64,000 nucleotides of DNA from Promethearchaeota archaeon (GTDB lineage: Archaea > Asgardarchaeota > Lokiarchaeia > Sigyniarchaeales > SOKP01): positions 64,001-128,000 of the forward strand of contig JAEOTP010000043.1 of the NCBI GenBank assembly GCA_016839765.1, given 5' to 3'. The position numbers and the translations under genes were made by a program. How positions within the stretch are numbered: position 1 is the first letter of the stretch; the number at the start of each line of letters is the position of its first letter. Of the stretch, positions 29,278-39,180 are shown piece after piece. The notes below the pieces were generated by a model that saw only the letters and a program-made list of their open reading frames with translations, did no database searches and was not told the DNA's origin.

Positions 29278-29883
29278 ATGGAAGAAAATAAGACCCTTCT
29301 GTTAGGAATTTGTGGAAGTCCCAGAAAGCAAGGTACTGAATTTTCTGTTCAATATGCTCTAAATTATGCAGCAGAGAAATTTAATTTTGAGACCGATTTT
29401 TGGACTGTTAGAAATAAAGAGATTAAATTTTGTATTCATTGTGATTATTGCATCCGTGAAAAAAAAGGGTGTGTTCATGAGGATGATTTACAAGAATTAT
29501 ATCCTAAGTTAGAACGAGCAGAATTCTTACTTTTTGGCACTCCTGTCTTTCAAGGAAATTTGTCTGGTCAGTTAAAGACTGTGATGGATCGTTGTCGAGC
29601 ACTAGTAGCAAAAAATCCGGGTGTTTTTAAAAATAAAATTGGAATGGCATTAGCAGTTGGTGGTGATCGAACCGGCGGACAAGAGATTGCAATTAGGAGT
29701 ATTTTAGACTTTTTCCAGCAAAATCATATTATTACTGTTTCTGGAGGGGCATTTGGTGCAAATTTAGGAGCAAGCTTATGGACAAAAGATAAAGGAAAAG
29801 AAGGAATTGAACAAGATGAAGAAGGTCTAAGATCCATAAGAAAAGTCATTAAGAGATTAGCCGAATTTAAGAATAAAATCTAA
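29278..29883 (+). CDS. Iron-sulfur flavoprotein (Isf/WrbA flavodoxin family)
   Basis: GSPRK, CIHCDYC...C, GTPVF, GGQE. Confidence 0.88.
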   Translation: MEENKTLLLGICGSPRKQGTEFSVQYALNYAAEKFNFETDFWTVRNKEIKFCIHCDYCIREKKGCVHEDDLQELYPKLERAEFLLFGTPVFQGNLSGQLKTVMDRCRALVAKNPGVFKNKIGMALAVGGDRTGGQEIAIRSILDFFQQNHIITVSGGAFGANLGASLWTKDKGKEGIEQDEEGLRSIRKVIKRLAEFKNKI

Positions 29884-29957
29884 CAACTATGTTCTATAAT
29901 TAATTATATCTTACGAAAAATCTTGAAATAAAAAAAAAATAAAAAAACAATAACACT

Positions 29958-30254
29958 TTAATTAAGATCAAATAATTTTTCAGCTTCTTTTTCTCTGAGG
30001 CCAGAGATACCCCATAACTCCTTAAACCAGTATTTTCCTTTATGAATAACTACAGGAGTATTGACAATACATCCATCAGCATCACAGAACGTTGTAAGAA
30101 AGTTGTCATCGTGTAGAAGTTCATGTACAAATTCCTCGTCATTAATGTCCCTTTCAACATATTTAGCATTACGTTGATCTAACCATTCCTTTAACTCATG
30201 GCAGCGTGAACAACCTTCTTTCGTAATCAAAATAGGTATTTTCATTTCAGCCAT
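29958..30254 (-). CDS. Glutaredoxin-like protein
   Basis: TKEGCSRC; extra CDADGC before the cis-Pro (NTP). Confidence 0.75.
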   Translation of the reverse strand: MAEMKIPILITKEGCSRCHELKEWLDQRNAKYVERDINDEEFVHELLHDDNFLTTFCDADGCIVNTPVVIHKGKYWFKELWGISGLREKEAEKLFDLN

Positions 30255-30388
30255 AATCTTTTACCTTCTTAATATGAATATCATTTGATATTACTAAGAT
30301 ATCATTTAGAAATAAAAAAGGTTTATATTCTAATTTATTAATTGGAAATACAAGAATATGATAATAGAATACGAATTATGTGGAATTA

Positions 30389-31465
30389 TTATATTAATTG
30401 CTGTAATATCCATCTTAAAGCTTCAACGACTTTTTCATCTTCAGTTAAAACATTAATAGCGAAATATTTGACTAACATACCACACTCTGCTAATTCATCT
30501 AAATCAAAATTCTTATAGATAAAATTAGGATCCACTTTCTCTTTATTATAAAATTTATTTCCAATAATTACAATTGGCATGTATTCCCCTTTATCTAGGC
30601 ATCTATTTAACACTAATTGAAATATATCAATAGCGTCTTTTAAAGAATCTTCATTTGAAGCATTAAAAATAAGTATAAAGCCTTGGGCGTTATCCATACA
30701 TTCATCATAGAGTTTAGCATATTCTCCTTTACTTTCATCCTCAATACATTCGTAGGTTAAAATTTCTATATTTTCAATGATAAAATCGTAGATCTTACTG
30801 ATCATATCTCTTTTTTTATCATTGTCTTTATACTGTAAAAATTGTATGACTTCTAAATTCTTTAGCAATGTTGTTTTACCTGACTTAGGAGGTCCAAATA
30901 TGTATAGCTTTTTTAATTCTCCCTTTGCAATAATTGGTGTTGGCACAGCTATTTCTGGGGATATTATCTGATAATATTTATAAAAAATTTCTAAAAATTG
31001 ATTTTGAAATTCCTCTGAACCCAAACTCAGTAAATCCTGCTGGCTTTTTCGATTTTTCTCAGTATGAAGAATTTCAGTCAATTCTTTTAAATTACTTATT
31101 TCTTTTGCAAAATTTTCTAGTTCTGGTATTTTTGATTCTAAATATCTATATACATCTGTAATTTCATCCTTAAAATAGGCTGCTCTTATCATATATGTAA
31201 TCATTAAAAGATCCTTACCACCTCTAGCGAATTCTGAATCAATATAAAAAATATTATTGATTGTTTGGTATTTACGATAAGAAAAAATAAAACTACCTTC
31301 ATGTTCTTGAAATTCAAGGATTCTTCCTAAATCAGGATGCTCTTTAGTATCGATAGGTGAACTACAATAAAAATTGGATGGTCCAATTATTGAATCAAAA
31401 TATGATAAACACAAAATTGATTCGCTTGAAACATTTAGTGAAGAGGGAATGGACTTACTTGACAT
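30389..31465 (-). CDS. Longin/uDENN-like domain fused to a degenerate small GTPase
   Basis: N-terminal LSYFDSIIGP; GPPKSGKT P-loop; no DxxG; NKFY for NKxD. Confidence 0.65.
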   Translation of the reverse strand: MSSKSIPSSLNVSSESILCLSYFDSIIGPSNFYCSSPIDTKEHPDLGRILEFQEHEGSFIFSYRKYQTINNIFYIDSEFARGGKDLLMITYMIRAAYFKDEITDVYRYLESKIPELENFAKEISNLKELTEILHTEKNRKSQQDLLSLGSEEFQNQFLEIFYKYYQIISPEIAVPTPIIAKGELKKLYIFGPPKSGKTTLLKNLEVIQFLQYKDNDKKRDMISKIYDFIIENIEILTYECIEDESKGEYAKLYDECMDNAQGFILIFNASNEDSLKDAIDIFQLVLNRCLDKGEYMPIVIIGNKFYNKEKVDPNFIYKNFDLDELAECGMLVKYFAINVLTEDEKVVEALRWILQQLI

Positions 31466-31598
31466 TATTCTAGAAAATGATAGTGCATCAGTCTAAATTA
31501 TATAAAAGACATGGTCAATTTTATATCAAACGATTTTAGTTAAAAAAAATCTAAAATTTTATAAAACAAACTCAAATAATAATGATTCTTAATCATTC

Positions 31599-32873
31599 TC
31601 AATGGGCTTGCTGAAATAGAAATTCAGCTCTTTCCAATATTAATTGGTTAATTGATGGTATAAAGCTGTTGATTAACTTTTCGTCATATATAAGAGCGGA
31701 ACCACGATTAAACATTAAAATTACGCCAAAAGCACCTTCGTTATCTTTTTTGAAATACATATTAGAACTGAAGCCTGGAGTTGCCCCACCATGCCCTTTA
31801 AAATTTTCTGAGTAAAGGAACCATCCTAATCCATAGCCTTCCCAATTAAAACCTTCCACTGAAGTTCCAGTAAGTGATACATGATTAGAGTGTATTAATT
31901 CAACACTTTCAGGATTTAATAATTGAGTTCCATTATATTCACCTTGATTCATATAAGAAATCAAATATTTTGCCATATCTGGTATTGTACTTCTTAAACA
32001 ACCTGCTCCCGTTACGTTAATATTGTAGAGAGGATATTCAAAATTCCCATTATCCTTCCATTCATAAGGAATGGCATTTTTTTCAGCAAAATCTGCGTAT
32101 TCAAATCCACTACTCGTCATATTTAATGGATTAAAAATATTTTCTTGAATATATTCTATCCAAGTTTGATTTGTAACTTTTTCAATTAAATACCCAAGTA
32201 ATTGAAAGCCTGCATTAGAATAATGGAATTCCGATCCGGGTCGCCAATGCCAATTATAGTGATCATAATATAGACCATTAGGGTTTAAACTGCCGTTTAG
32301 AAACTCTTCTAAAGAAGGTCTATCATCCCATTTAATGATTTCCCCTCCCAAATCCAGATTCTCATTAATCCAATCAATTGTTTGATTATCAAAGTAATAC
32401 TCGAGAGACCAAAAAAGGTTGGTTTGTAAACCTGCTTTATGAGTAACAAGCATACGAGTTGTAATAGGTATATTTGGGTAATTAGGATGTCTTACCTCAA
32501 ATGGGAGATAGTTGTTGATATCACCGTCTAAATTAACCAAATTACTTTCATTTAGTTGAAGGATTGCGGTTGCTGTAAATGTTTTAGTGATGGAACCAAT
32601 CATATATACGGTATCTAAGTCAGGTTGTTCACCAAAGCCTCTTGCCCAAACTATACTATCATTAATAATGATCCCTGCTGCTAATGATGGAATTTCATAT
32701 TCTGCCATAATCTTTTGAATTTTAGACTCAAAAGATTCTTGTGGGGGTGGAAGGAAGGTTATAATGAGAATAACTGTGATTCCAGCAGAAATTACACAAG
32801 CAATTATAATTAATCCTATAATAATCTTTTTATTCATTTTCATTTTACCTTCATTTCTAATAGTTAGATTCAA
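31599..32873 (-). CDS. Membrane-anchored serine hydrolase (AmpC/beta-lactamase family)
   Basis: GSITK (SxxK), YSN, GHGG; N-terminal TM. Confidence 0.88.
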   Translation of the reverse strand: MNLTIRNEGKMKMNKKIIIGLIIIACVISAGITVILIITFLPPPQESFESKIQKIMAEYEIPSLAAGIIINDSIVWARGFGEQPDLDTVYMIGSITKTFTATAILQLNESNLVNLDGDINNYLPFEVRHPNYPNIPITTRMLVTHKAGLQTNLFWSLEYYFDNQTIDWINENLDLGGEIIKWDDRPSLEEFLNGSLNPNGLYYDHYNWHWRPGSEFHYSNAGFQLLGYLIEKVTNQTWIEYIQENIFNPLNMTSSGFEYADFAEKNAIPYEWKDNGNFEYPLYNINVTGAGCLRSTIPDMAKYLISYMNQGEYNGTQLLNPESVELIHSNHVSLTGTSVEGFNWEGYGLGWFLYSENFKGHGGATPGFSSNMYFKKDNEGAFGVILMFNRGSALIYDEKLINSFIPSINQLILERAEFLFQQAH

Positions 32874-33009
32874 CTCGAATTGGATAGAAAAAATACTGAA
32901 TAAGTTATTAATTTGATATCATAGAAAACTATTAAATCATTTTGTATTGAACTAAATTTTAATAATTTATAAAAATCAAATTTTAATGCTCCAAATATCT
33001 TAAAATTAT

Positions 33010-33459
33010 ATGGATTCTAATACACAAATCAATGAATTCAACTTTGCTATTAAAAAGCTTTTCCATGGAAGAGTAATGGAAAGAGTTACAGCCGCTAGAA
33101 CACTTGGACATCTTAAAGAGGGTCGTGCTACAAACTTACTCATTAAAGCATTAAATTCAGAAAGAGATTCAATTGTAATTAATAGAATTATTGAAGCAAT
33201 GGGAGAAATAAAAGATCCTAAAGCCACAATTCCAATAATTAACTTCTTAAAAAAAGAATTAGAAAAATCTGAAGATGAGCAAGATAAAACTCGTTTATTC
33301 TTAATAATAGAGACATTAATGAAAATAGGAGATAAAAGAGCTTTAGAACATTTAGGTATACTCTTAGAGTCATGTGATGCAGATATTAGAAAACTAACTG
33401 AGCAAGCTTTTGAGTGTATAGATCCTAGTTTTAAGGAAAATTTAAAACAAAGTAAATAA
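33010..33459 (+). CDS. HEAT-repeat protein
   Basis: AARTLGHL, IEAMGEIKDPKA, LMKIGDKRALEHL repeats. Confidence 0.8.
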   Translation: MDSNTQINEFNFAIKKLFHGRVMERVTAARTLGHLKEGRATNLLIKALNSERDSIVINRIIEAMGEIKDPKATIPIINFLKKELEKSEDEQDKTRLFLIIETLMKIGDKRALEHLGILLESCDADIRKLTEQAFECIDPSFKENLKQSK

Positions 33460-33505
33460 ATAAAAAACTAAACATTGAAATTGAAAAATTAAATCGTAAA
33501 CGAAA

Positions 33506-33832
33506 GTGAATATTATGTTTCCAGAATTTATTTCAGAGCTTTTTCAAGAAGTAAATGGCAAGAATGATAAACAAGATGTGTCCATTTTCACATTGTCGAC
33601 TTGCATGTGGTGCAAAAAGTGCAAAAGATATCTTAATGAAAAGGAAATCAAGTATAAATATATAGATGTTGATCAAATTACATCAGATCAGAAATCAAAA
33701 ATTTTACAATATTTAAGAGAAAATTACAAACCAGATAGAATCTCATATCCTTTCTTAATATGCGATGATAAATTCGTCGTAGGATATGATCCAAATAGAT
33801 ATGAAGAATTAATGAGGGAGGGTGATAATTAA
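33506..33832 (+). CDS. Glutaredoxin/NrdH-like redoxin
   Basis: TLSTCMWC, SYP, VVGY. Confidence 0.85.
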   Translation: MNIMFPEFISELFQEVNGKNDKQDVSIFTLSTCMWCKKCKRYLNEKEIKYKYIDVDQITSDQKSKILQYLRENYKPDRISYPFLICDDKFVVGYDPNRYEELMREGDN

Positions 33833-34199
33833 AGTGAATATGGAAACATATGAGGGTATGCTTGAATATATTAAACAGGTTAGTAAAAAGAATAACTGGA
33901 TTTTAAATAGTCACCAAGATACATTAAATGAATTGATTGACGGCTTAGTAGAAAATAAAAAGAAACATACATATCAATCTTGCCCATGTCGTCTTGCTTC
34001 TGGTGTAAGAGATTTAGATAGAGATATTATTTGTCCCTGTGATTATGCTCCTTTGGATATAAAGGAGTATGGAGCTTGTTATTGCAATCTATATATGCGT
34101 AAAAATTTCTACGAAATTATAGGAAAGGAATATGTTAATATCCCAGAAAGAAGACCTGTTGAAAAGGAAAAAGCAGTACTAGAATCTTTTAATAAATAG
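33822..34199 (+). CDS. Ferredoxin-thioredoxin reductase catalytic subunit
   Basis: CPCR, ICPC, CYC motifs; overlaps the glutaredoxin gene. Confidence 0.9.
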   Translation: MIIKVNMETYEGMLEYIKQVSKKNNWILNSHQDTLNELIDGLVENKKKHTYQSCPCRLASGVRDLDRDIICPCDYAPLDIKEYGACYCNLYMRKNFYEIIGKEYVNIPERRPVEKEKAVLESFNK

Positions 34200-34288
34200 T
34201 ATTTTTTGTTGTTTTTAAGAATTGAATAATTAGAAACCAATTTTTTATAAATAAAACTCTTAAATATTATTTTTTCTCTTTTTATATT

Positions 34289-34447
34289 ATGCCAGATGAA
34301 GAAATTAATGATGATGAATTAAAAGAAGAATTAGATAGGGCTTTTAAGGCTAATGAAGCAAAAAAAGACCACTGTGGAACTGCTCTACCTAGTAATAAAG
34401 AAATAGGTATTCAAAGAACGAACGTAAAATTAAAAAAAGAGGATTAA
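34289..34447 (+). CDS. Small hypothetical protein, 52 aa (absent from ORF track)
   Basis: MPDEEINDDELKEELDRAFKANEAKKDHCGTALPSNKEIGIQRTNVKLKKED; coding-like composition; T-rich tract downstream. Confidence 0.6.
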   Translation: MPDEEINDDELKEELDRAFKANEAKKDHCGTALPSNKEIGIQRTNVKLKKED

Positions 34448-34600
34448 ATTAAAATAATTTTTTTTTATATTTCTTTTCTAATTTTTTTTGATAAATAACT
34501 TCTCAACAATTATAAATAATTACTTTAAAATTCAAAAATTAATATTTTAATATAAATCATTAAATGATGTCTTTATAAGATCATATCTTATAATTGAAGA

Positions 34601-35593
34601 GTGTTTGTTATGAAAGAACGAATTAAAGGAAGAGAAAATTTTCCCACTAAAGAGATTGACCCAGATAATTTCATAGAGGATGAAGAAGTAAAAACTATGG
34701 TTGAAAATATCGATAATATCAAATTTAGTCAGGAGGATTATTATAAAATTTATAATTGTGTACATTGTGGAGAATGTGAATCAGAAGAAGAACGTATTAC
34801 CTTGAAACAAAAATTTCTAAAAGATGGGAATATGGTTGAGGGTCTTGATCAGATGATTGAATGTTTTGAAAAATATCGGACACCTTATCCAACAAATAAA
34901 ATGAGGATAAAAAAGCCGAGAGGGTTAGCAAAAAATTCTAATACCCTATTTTTCATGGGATGTCTTTCTACCATTAGAATACCACGGTATACCGAACATG
35001 CTCTTCAATATCTTATGAAACAAAAGATAGATTTTACCATTTTGGATAAAGAAATATGTTGTGGTTGGCCGTGGTTTGCTAGTGGTTCAATGCGTGAATT
35101 TGAAATTTGCCAAAAGGAAAATCTTGAAATCTTCAATAAATTTGATAAGATCATTTGCTTATGTCCAGCATGCTACTTTTTATTTAATAAGTTTTATAAA
35201 CCAGCTATGGATAAAGATATTAGATTTGAATATATAGTTGATTACCTAAAACCATCCAAAGACCAAAAGCAAGGAGCAGTTGGGGTACAACATTTATGTC
35301 AACTTATGAATAGGGGAAGAGAAGGTGTAGATAAATTTGTAGATAAAATTCTAAAAAAGTCTGGCTATAAAGTAATTGATGTCCCTCATTGGTGTTGTGG
35401 AGGGGGTTTAGGGTATATGCATCGAACTGATATAATCGAAGCTATTGCAAATAAAAGAATGATTGATTTTGATAGAGAAGATATTGATTATATTACAACT
35501 TATTGCGTTAGTTGCTGGTGGATATTAAAACGGTTTAGCAAATTAAGTAAAATAAAGCCAAAAGCTGTAGATTTTTTTGAATTAATCCTATAA
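34601..35593 (+). CDS. CCG-domain Fe-S oxidoreductase (GlpC/HdrD-like), paralogue 1
   Basis: CVHCGEC, FMGC, ICCG, CPAC, QHLC, CCGGG, YCVSC. Confidence 0.82.
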   Translation: MFVMKERIKGRENFPTKEIDPDNFIEDEEVKTMVENIDNIKFSQEDYYKIYNCVHCGECESEEERITLKQKFLKDGNMVEGLDQMIECFEKYRTPYPTNKMRIKKPRGLAKNSNTLFFMGCLSTIRIPRYTEHALQYLMKQKIDFTILDKEICCGWPWFASGSMREFEICQKENLEIFNKFDKIICLCPACYFLFNKFYKPAMDKDIRFEYIVDYLKPSKDQKQGAVGVQHLCQLMNRGREGVDKFVDKILKKSGYKVIDVPHWCCGGGLGYMHRTDIIEAIANKRMIDFDREDIDYITTYCVSCWWILKRFSKLSKIKPKAVDFFELIL

Positions 35594-35628
35594 TTAGAAT
35601 TTCCTTTAAAGATTTAATAAATAAAAAA

Positions 35629-36588
35629 ATGACTTTAAAAAGAAAATACCCCACTCAAGAAGTAAATCCAACTAATTTTTTAACTAATGAAGAAGTATTA
35701 AATCTTCTTGAAACTAAGCACACTTATAAATTTAAACAAAAAGATTTTCACAAACTTTATAATTGTGTTCATTGCAGAGAATGTGGCACCTCTGATGAAA
35801 GAATTTTATTAAAACAGAAATTTTTAAAAGATGGAAATAAAATTGAAGGTTTAGAAGAAGTAAAAAAGATTTATGAAAAATATGGAACTCCATATAAGGA
35901 TAGTAAAAACCGGATTAAATTCCCTAATGGTATCCCTACTAAAAGTGATACACTCCTTTATTTCGGGTGCTTTACAAGTGTTAAAAATCCTAGATATGGG
36001 GAAAATGTTGCGAACTACTTATTAAAACATAATGTTGAATATACCATTTTAAACAAAGAGATATGTTGTGGTTATCCCATTTTAGTCACTGGAATAATAG
36101 ATACCTATTATAAGCTTGTTGAGCGAAATAAGAAGATTTTCAAAGAAAGAGGGTTTAAAAGAATAATAACTGTTTGTCCCAGTTGTTATATGGTCTTTAA
36201 AAAACATTATAGTGATACAGGTATTAAGATAGACTATTTTACTGATTATCTAAAACCAGCTTCTAATAGGAAATCTGGAGATGTCTGTATTCAACATGCC
36301 TGTCCATTGGTATATGACTGTAAACCAGGGATAGATAAACAGATTGAAAACATTTTAAAAAAATCTGGGTATAGGGTTATTGATATTCCTTATTTTTGCT
36401 GTGGTGGCGGTGGAGGGATGCAATTAATCGAAGATACAATTGAAAAGATTGCAAAATTAAGGATGGGTGATTATAGAGGAAATTTCACCACCTACTATTG
36501 TCCTGACTGTGGATGGTTTATTAAGTTTTTCGGAAGAAAGCTAAAGATTAAACCAAAGCCAAAAGATATATGTGAACTTCTACTTTAA
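35629..36588 (+). CDS. CCG-domain Fe-S oxidoreductase, paralogue 2
   Basis: CVHCREC, YFGC, ICCG, CPSC, QHAC, CCGGG, YCPDC; collinear with paralogue 1. Confidence 0.82.
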   Translation: MTLKRKYPTQEVNPTNFLTNEEVLNLLETKHTYKFKQKDFHKLYNCVHCRECGTSDERILLKQKFLKDGNKIEGLEEVKKIYEKYGTPYKDSKNRIKFPNGIPTKSDTLLYFGCFTSVKNPRYGENVANYLLKHNVEYTILNKEICCGYPILVTGIIDTYYKLVERNKKIFKERGFKRIITVCPSCYMVFKKHYSDTGIKIDYFTDYLKPASNRKSGDVCIQHACPLVYDCKPGIDKQIENILKKSGYRVIDIPYFCCGGGGGMQLIEDTIEKIAKLRMGDYRGNFTTYYCPDCGWFIKFFGRKLKIKPKPKDICELLL

Positions 36589-36603
36589 TTGAAAATATTA
36601 GTG

Positions 36604-37671
36604 CTAAATCATAGATATTTGGTAAGAATCTTCATGATGAGTATCTATCAGCCGATAAGCTAAATTTTTGAAACAATTTTCTATATTTTCTCCTGTTAAA
36701 GCAGAAGTTTCAAAATATTCAACATTTAATGCCTTTGCTAATCGTATGGCATCCGATTGGCTCACAATTCTTTCTTTGATCAAATCGATTTTATTACCTA
36801 TTAAATAACCTTCAATTTGAGGATTCTTTACAAAATATTTATCAATATCTTGATGCCAGTTAGAGATATGAGCAAAGGATAACGGTTTCGTTACATCATA
36901 AATTAATATAAAAGCACTTGCGGCTTCATAGAACTGCTTTCTTATTGCTTCAAACTTAGTTTGTCCTCCAATATCCCATAAAACTAACTCAACAGAATCA
37001 TCTTGTACATAAAATCTCTTTTGTGTTATGTTAAGTCCCATTGTGGGAACATAAGCCCTCATAAATACATTATCTGTGAATTTTAGAACTGTAGATGTCT
37101 TACCCACTGTTGGATCGCCAAGAATTATGACTTTAAACTTTTTTAAATCTTTTTCTTCAATCTCTTCTTTAATATCATATTCCTCATTAGCTTCTATTAG
37201 GATATTACTCTTGGAACGTAAATAATCAACTGTTTCACACAAGTTATTGCATAATATGATAATTTCTTCAGATAGTTTTTCTTTATCAAGATTATTTTCT
37301 TCAAATTGAATGATTTTTTGAGTTGTCTCATTAAAATATTTATCAATATAACTCATATATCTATAAAAAATAATATCATCTTTTTCATTAAACAAGAAAG
37401 CTAAAGCTGATTTAGCAGTTCCATTCTTTTGAGAAGTAATCTCTCGTTCAAAATATTTAATTACGATTTTTATTTTTAAATGTTTAAAAGGGTAAATTAA
37501 TAATATTTCAGGGATAAATGCTTGATCTCCAGAAAGGAGATTGTTACATTTTAATTCAATAAGGTTTCTAAATTCCCCTGGAATGTCTGATGGATACCAA
37601 AAAACAGATTTTGGCTCATTTACATCATCTAGATTAATATAAAAAATAGCAGGTATGAAATTTAAACTCAT
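36604..37671 (-). CDS. Rab-like small GTPase with N-terminal longin/uDENN-like extension
   Basis: GDPTVGKT, YVPTMG, WDIGGQ, GNKID, ETSA. Confidence 0.88.
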   Translation of the reverse strand: MSLNFIPAIFYINLDDVNEPKSVFWYPSDIPGEFRNLIELKCNNLLSGDQAFIPEILLIYPFKHLKIKIVIKYFEREITSQKNGTAKSALAFLFNEKDDIIFYRYMSYIDKYFNETTQKIIQFEENNLDKEKLSEEIIILCNNLCETVDYLRSKSNILIEANEEYDIKEEIEEKDLKKFKVIILGDPTVGKTSTVLKFTDNVFMRAYVPTMGLNITQKRFYVQDDSVELVLWDIGGQTKFEAIRKQFYEAASAFILIYDVTKPLSFAHISNWHQDIDKYFVKNPQIEGYLIGNKIDLIKERIVSQSDAIRLAKALNVEYFETSALTGENIENCFKNLAYRLIDTHHEDSYQISMI

Positions 37672-37855
37672 TTTACCTAATTTTAAGATTATCTTAGTAA
37701 ATTTTTTGGTATGATAAAGAATTATTTATTATTTATATTTGATTTAGATGAATGTTATTCAGGTGATATCAGAATGATACTGAAAATGGAAATAAATATA
37801 AAATTTATTGTTATAAAGAAAGTAGATTATAGAAAAAAAAGATTTTAAGGTTTTC

Positions 37856-38338
37856 TTGGTGCCAAAGGACTTTACTATACGTTTAGCAACGATAAAAGAT
37901 GCTAAAGCAGTTCATGAGGTTTTATTAGCTGCTTTTGAAGAATATCGTTGTTTTTATTCTCCAGAAGGATTTGCAGACACTGTTTTATCAGAAGAAAAAG
38001 CAAAAGATCGTATTAAAGAAACGAAAGTATATGTAGCTGTTGATCAACACCGTAAAATAATTGGGACTATTGGTTGGCAGAAATTAAATGAAAATGAAGG
38101 ACATATTCGAGGAATGGGAGTAATACCAAGTCAGCAAGGCAGAGATAGTCCTGCAACATCGCTATTAAGACAAGTAGAAAGAGCTGCTCAGTTAGAAAGT
38201 TGTAAAATCTTGACTCTTGACACAACTGAAATTCTTAAAAGAGCTCAAAACTTTTATGAAAAAAATGGTTTTCAGAAAACTGGGAAAATTGGGGATTTCT
38301 TTGGGTCAATAATTTATGAATTTGCAAAGATATTATAA
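37856..38338 (+). CDS. GNAT family N-acetyltransferase
   Basis: IRGMGVIPSQQGR, AQNFYEKNGF. Confidence 0.85.
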   Translation: MVPKDFTIRLATIKDAKAVHEVLLAAFEEYRCFYSPEGFADTVLSEEKAKDRIKETKVYVAVDQHRKIIGTIGWQKLNENEGHIRGMGVIPSQQGRDSPATSLLRQVERAAQLESCKILTLDTTEILKRAQNFYEKNGFQKTGKIGDFFGSIIYEFAKIL

Positions 38339-38476
38339 AAAAACACCAATTTTTAAACTATTAGTTATTCATAACTTAATTTTAATTTTAACGTTAATTA
38401 GCTCAATTTAATTTATAATTTATACAAAAAAAAATTTTAAATCTAAATTCAAATATTCATAATAGATGGTGATTTA

Positions 38477-39169
38477 ATGTTATTTTCCCAAAATGAGATT
38501 GATAATATTAAAAGAGAAATGAGTAAATTGAAGAATAAGGTAATCCTGAAATTGTTTACAGACTTTAAAACTCAAGAAAATAATACGAAAGTACGTAATT
38601 GTATGGGTTGTGAGGGTACTTATGAATTATTGAATAAATTAGTAGAATTTTCAGATGGAAAGTTAATGATTGAAGAGTATTCTATTGAGGAAAACAAAGA
38701 TGAAGCTAAAAAGTACGATGTTAAAAGGATACCTGCAATTTTGTTTGTCGATGAGAATGGTAATGAAGTAATTAGATATTCAGCACACCCAACTGGAGCT
38801 GAATTTGTACCTTTTCTCAATAGCATCCAATACTTTTCAGGAGTAAGACCTTATTATGCCGATCAAATCCTTACACATCTTAAAAAGATTGATAAATCAA
38901 AAATGAAGATTTTTATTACACCTACATGTCCATATTGTCCTGCAACAGTTCCAGTTTTAACTTTGTTCGCGATTATATCCAAAGGAAAGATTTCAGCAGA
39001 AATAATTGACGTTAATTTAAATCCTGACCTTGCTATGAAATACCAAGTTCAGGGAGTCCCTCACACGGTTGTTAATGAAACTGAGAATATTTATGGAATG
39101 TTTACGCCTCAGGATTTACTAGATAAACTTACCAAAGGAAAAAGAGATTTTGGAGGAATGTATGCTTAA
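38477..39169 (+). CDS. Protein disulfide oxidoreductase (two thioredoxin folds), copy 1
   Basis: CMGC and CPYC; RIP and GVP cis-Pro motifs. Confidence 0.88.
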   Translation: MLFSQNEIDNIKREMSKLKNKVILKLFTDFKTQENNTKVRNCMGCEGTYELLNKLVEFSDGKLMIEEYSIEENKDEAKKYDVKRIPAILFVDENGNEVIRYSAHPTGAEFVPFLNSIQYFSGVRPYYADQILTHLKKIDKSKMKIFITPTCPYCPATVPVLTLFAIISKGKISAEIIDVNLNPDLAMKYQVQGVPHTVVNETENIYGMFTPQDLLDKLTKGKRDFGGMYA

Positions 39170-39180
39170 TCTGAATTAGG

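Noticed and set aside
31599-32873. Antibiotic-resistance beta-lactamase
   Set aside because: SxxK/YxN/HGG serine hydrolases of this family are mostly esterases or peptidases; resistance cannot be inferred from motifs
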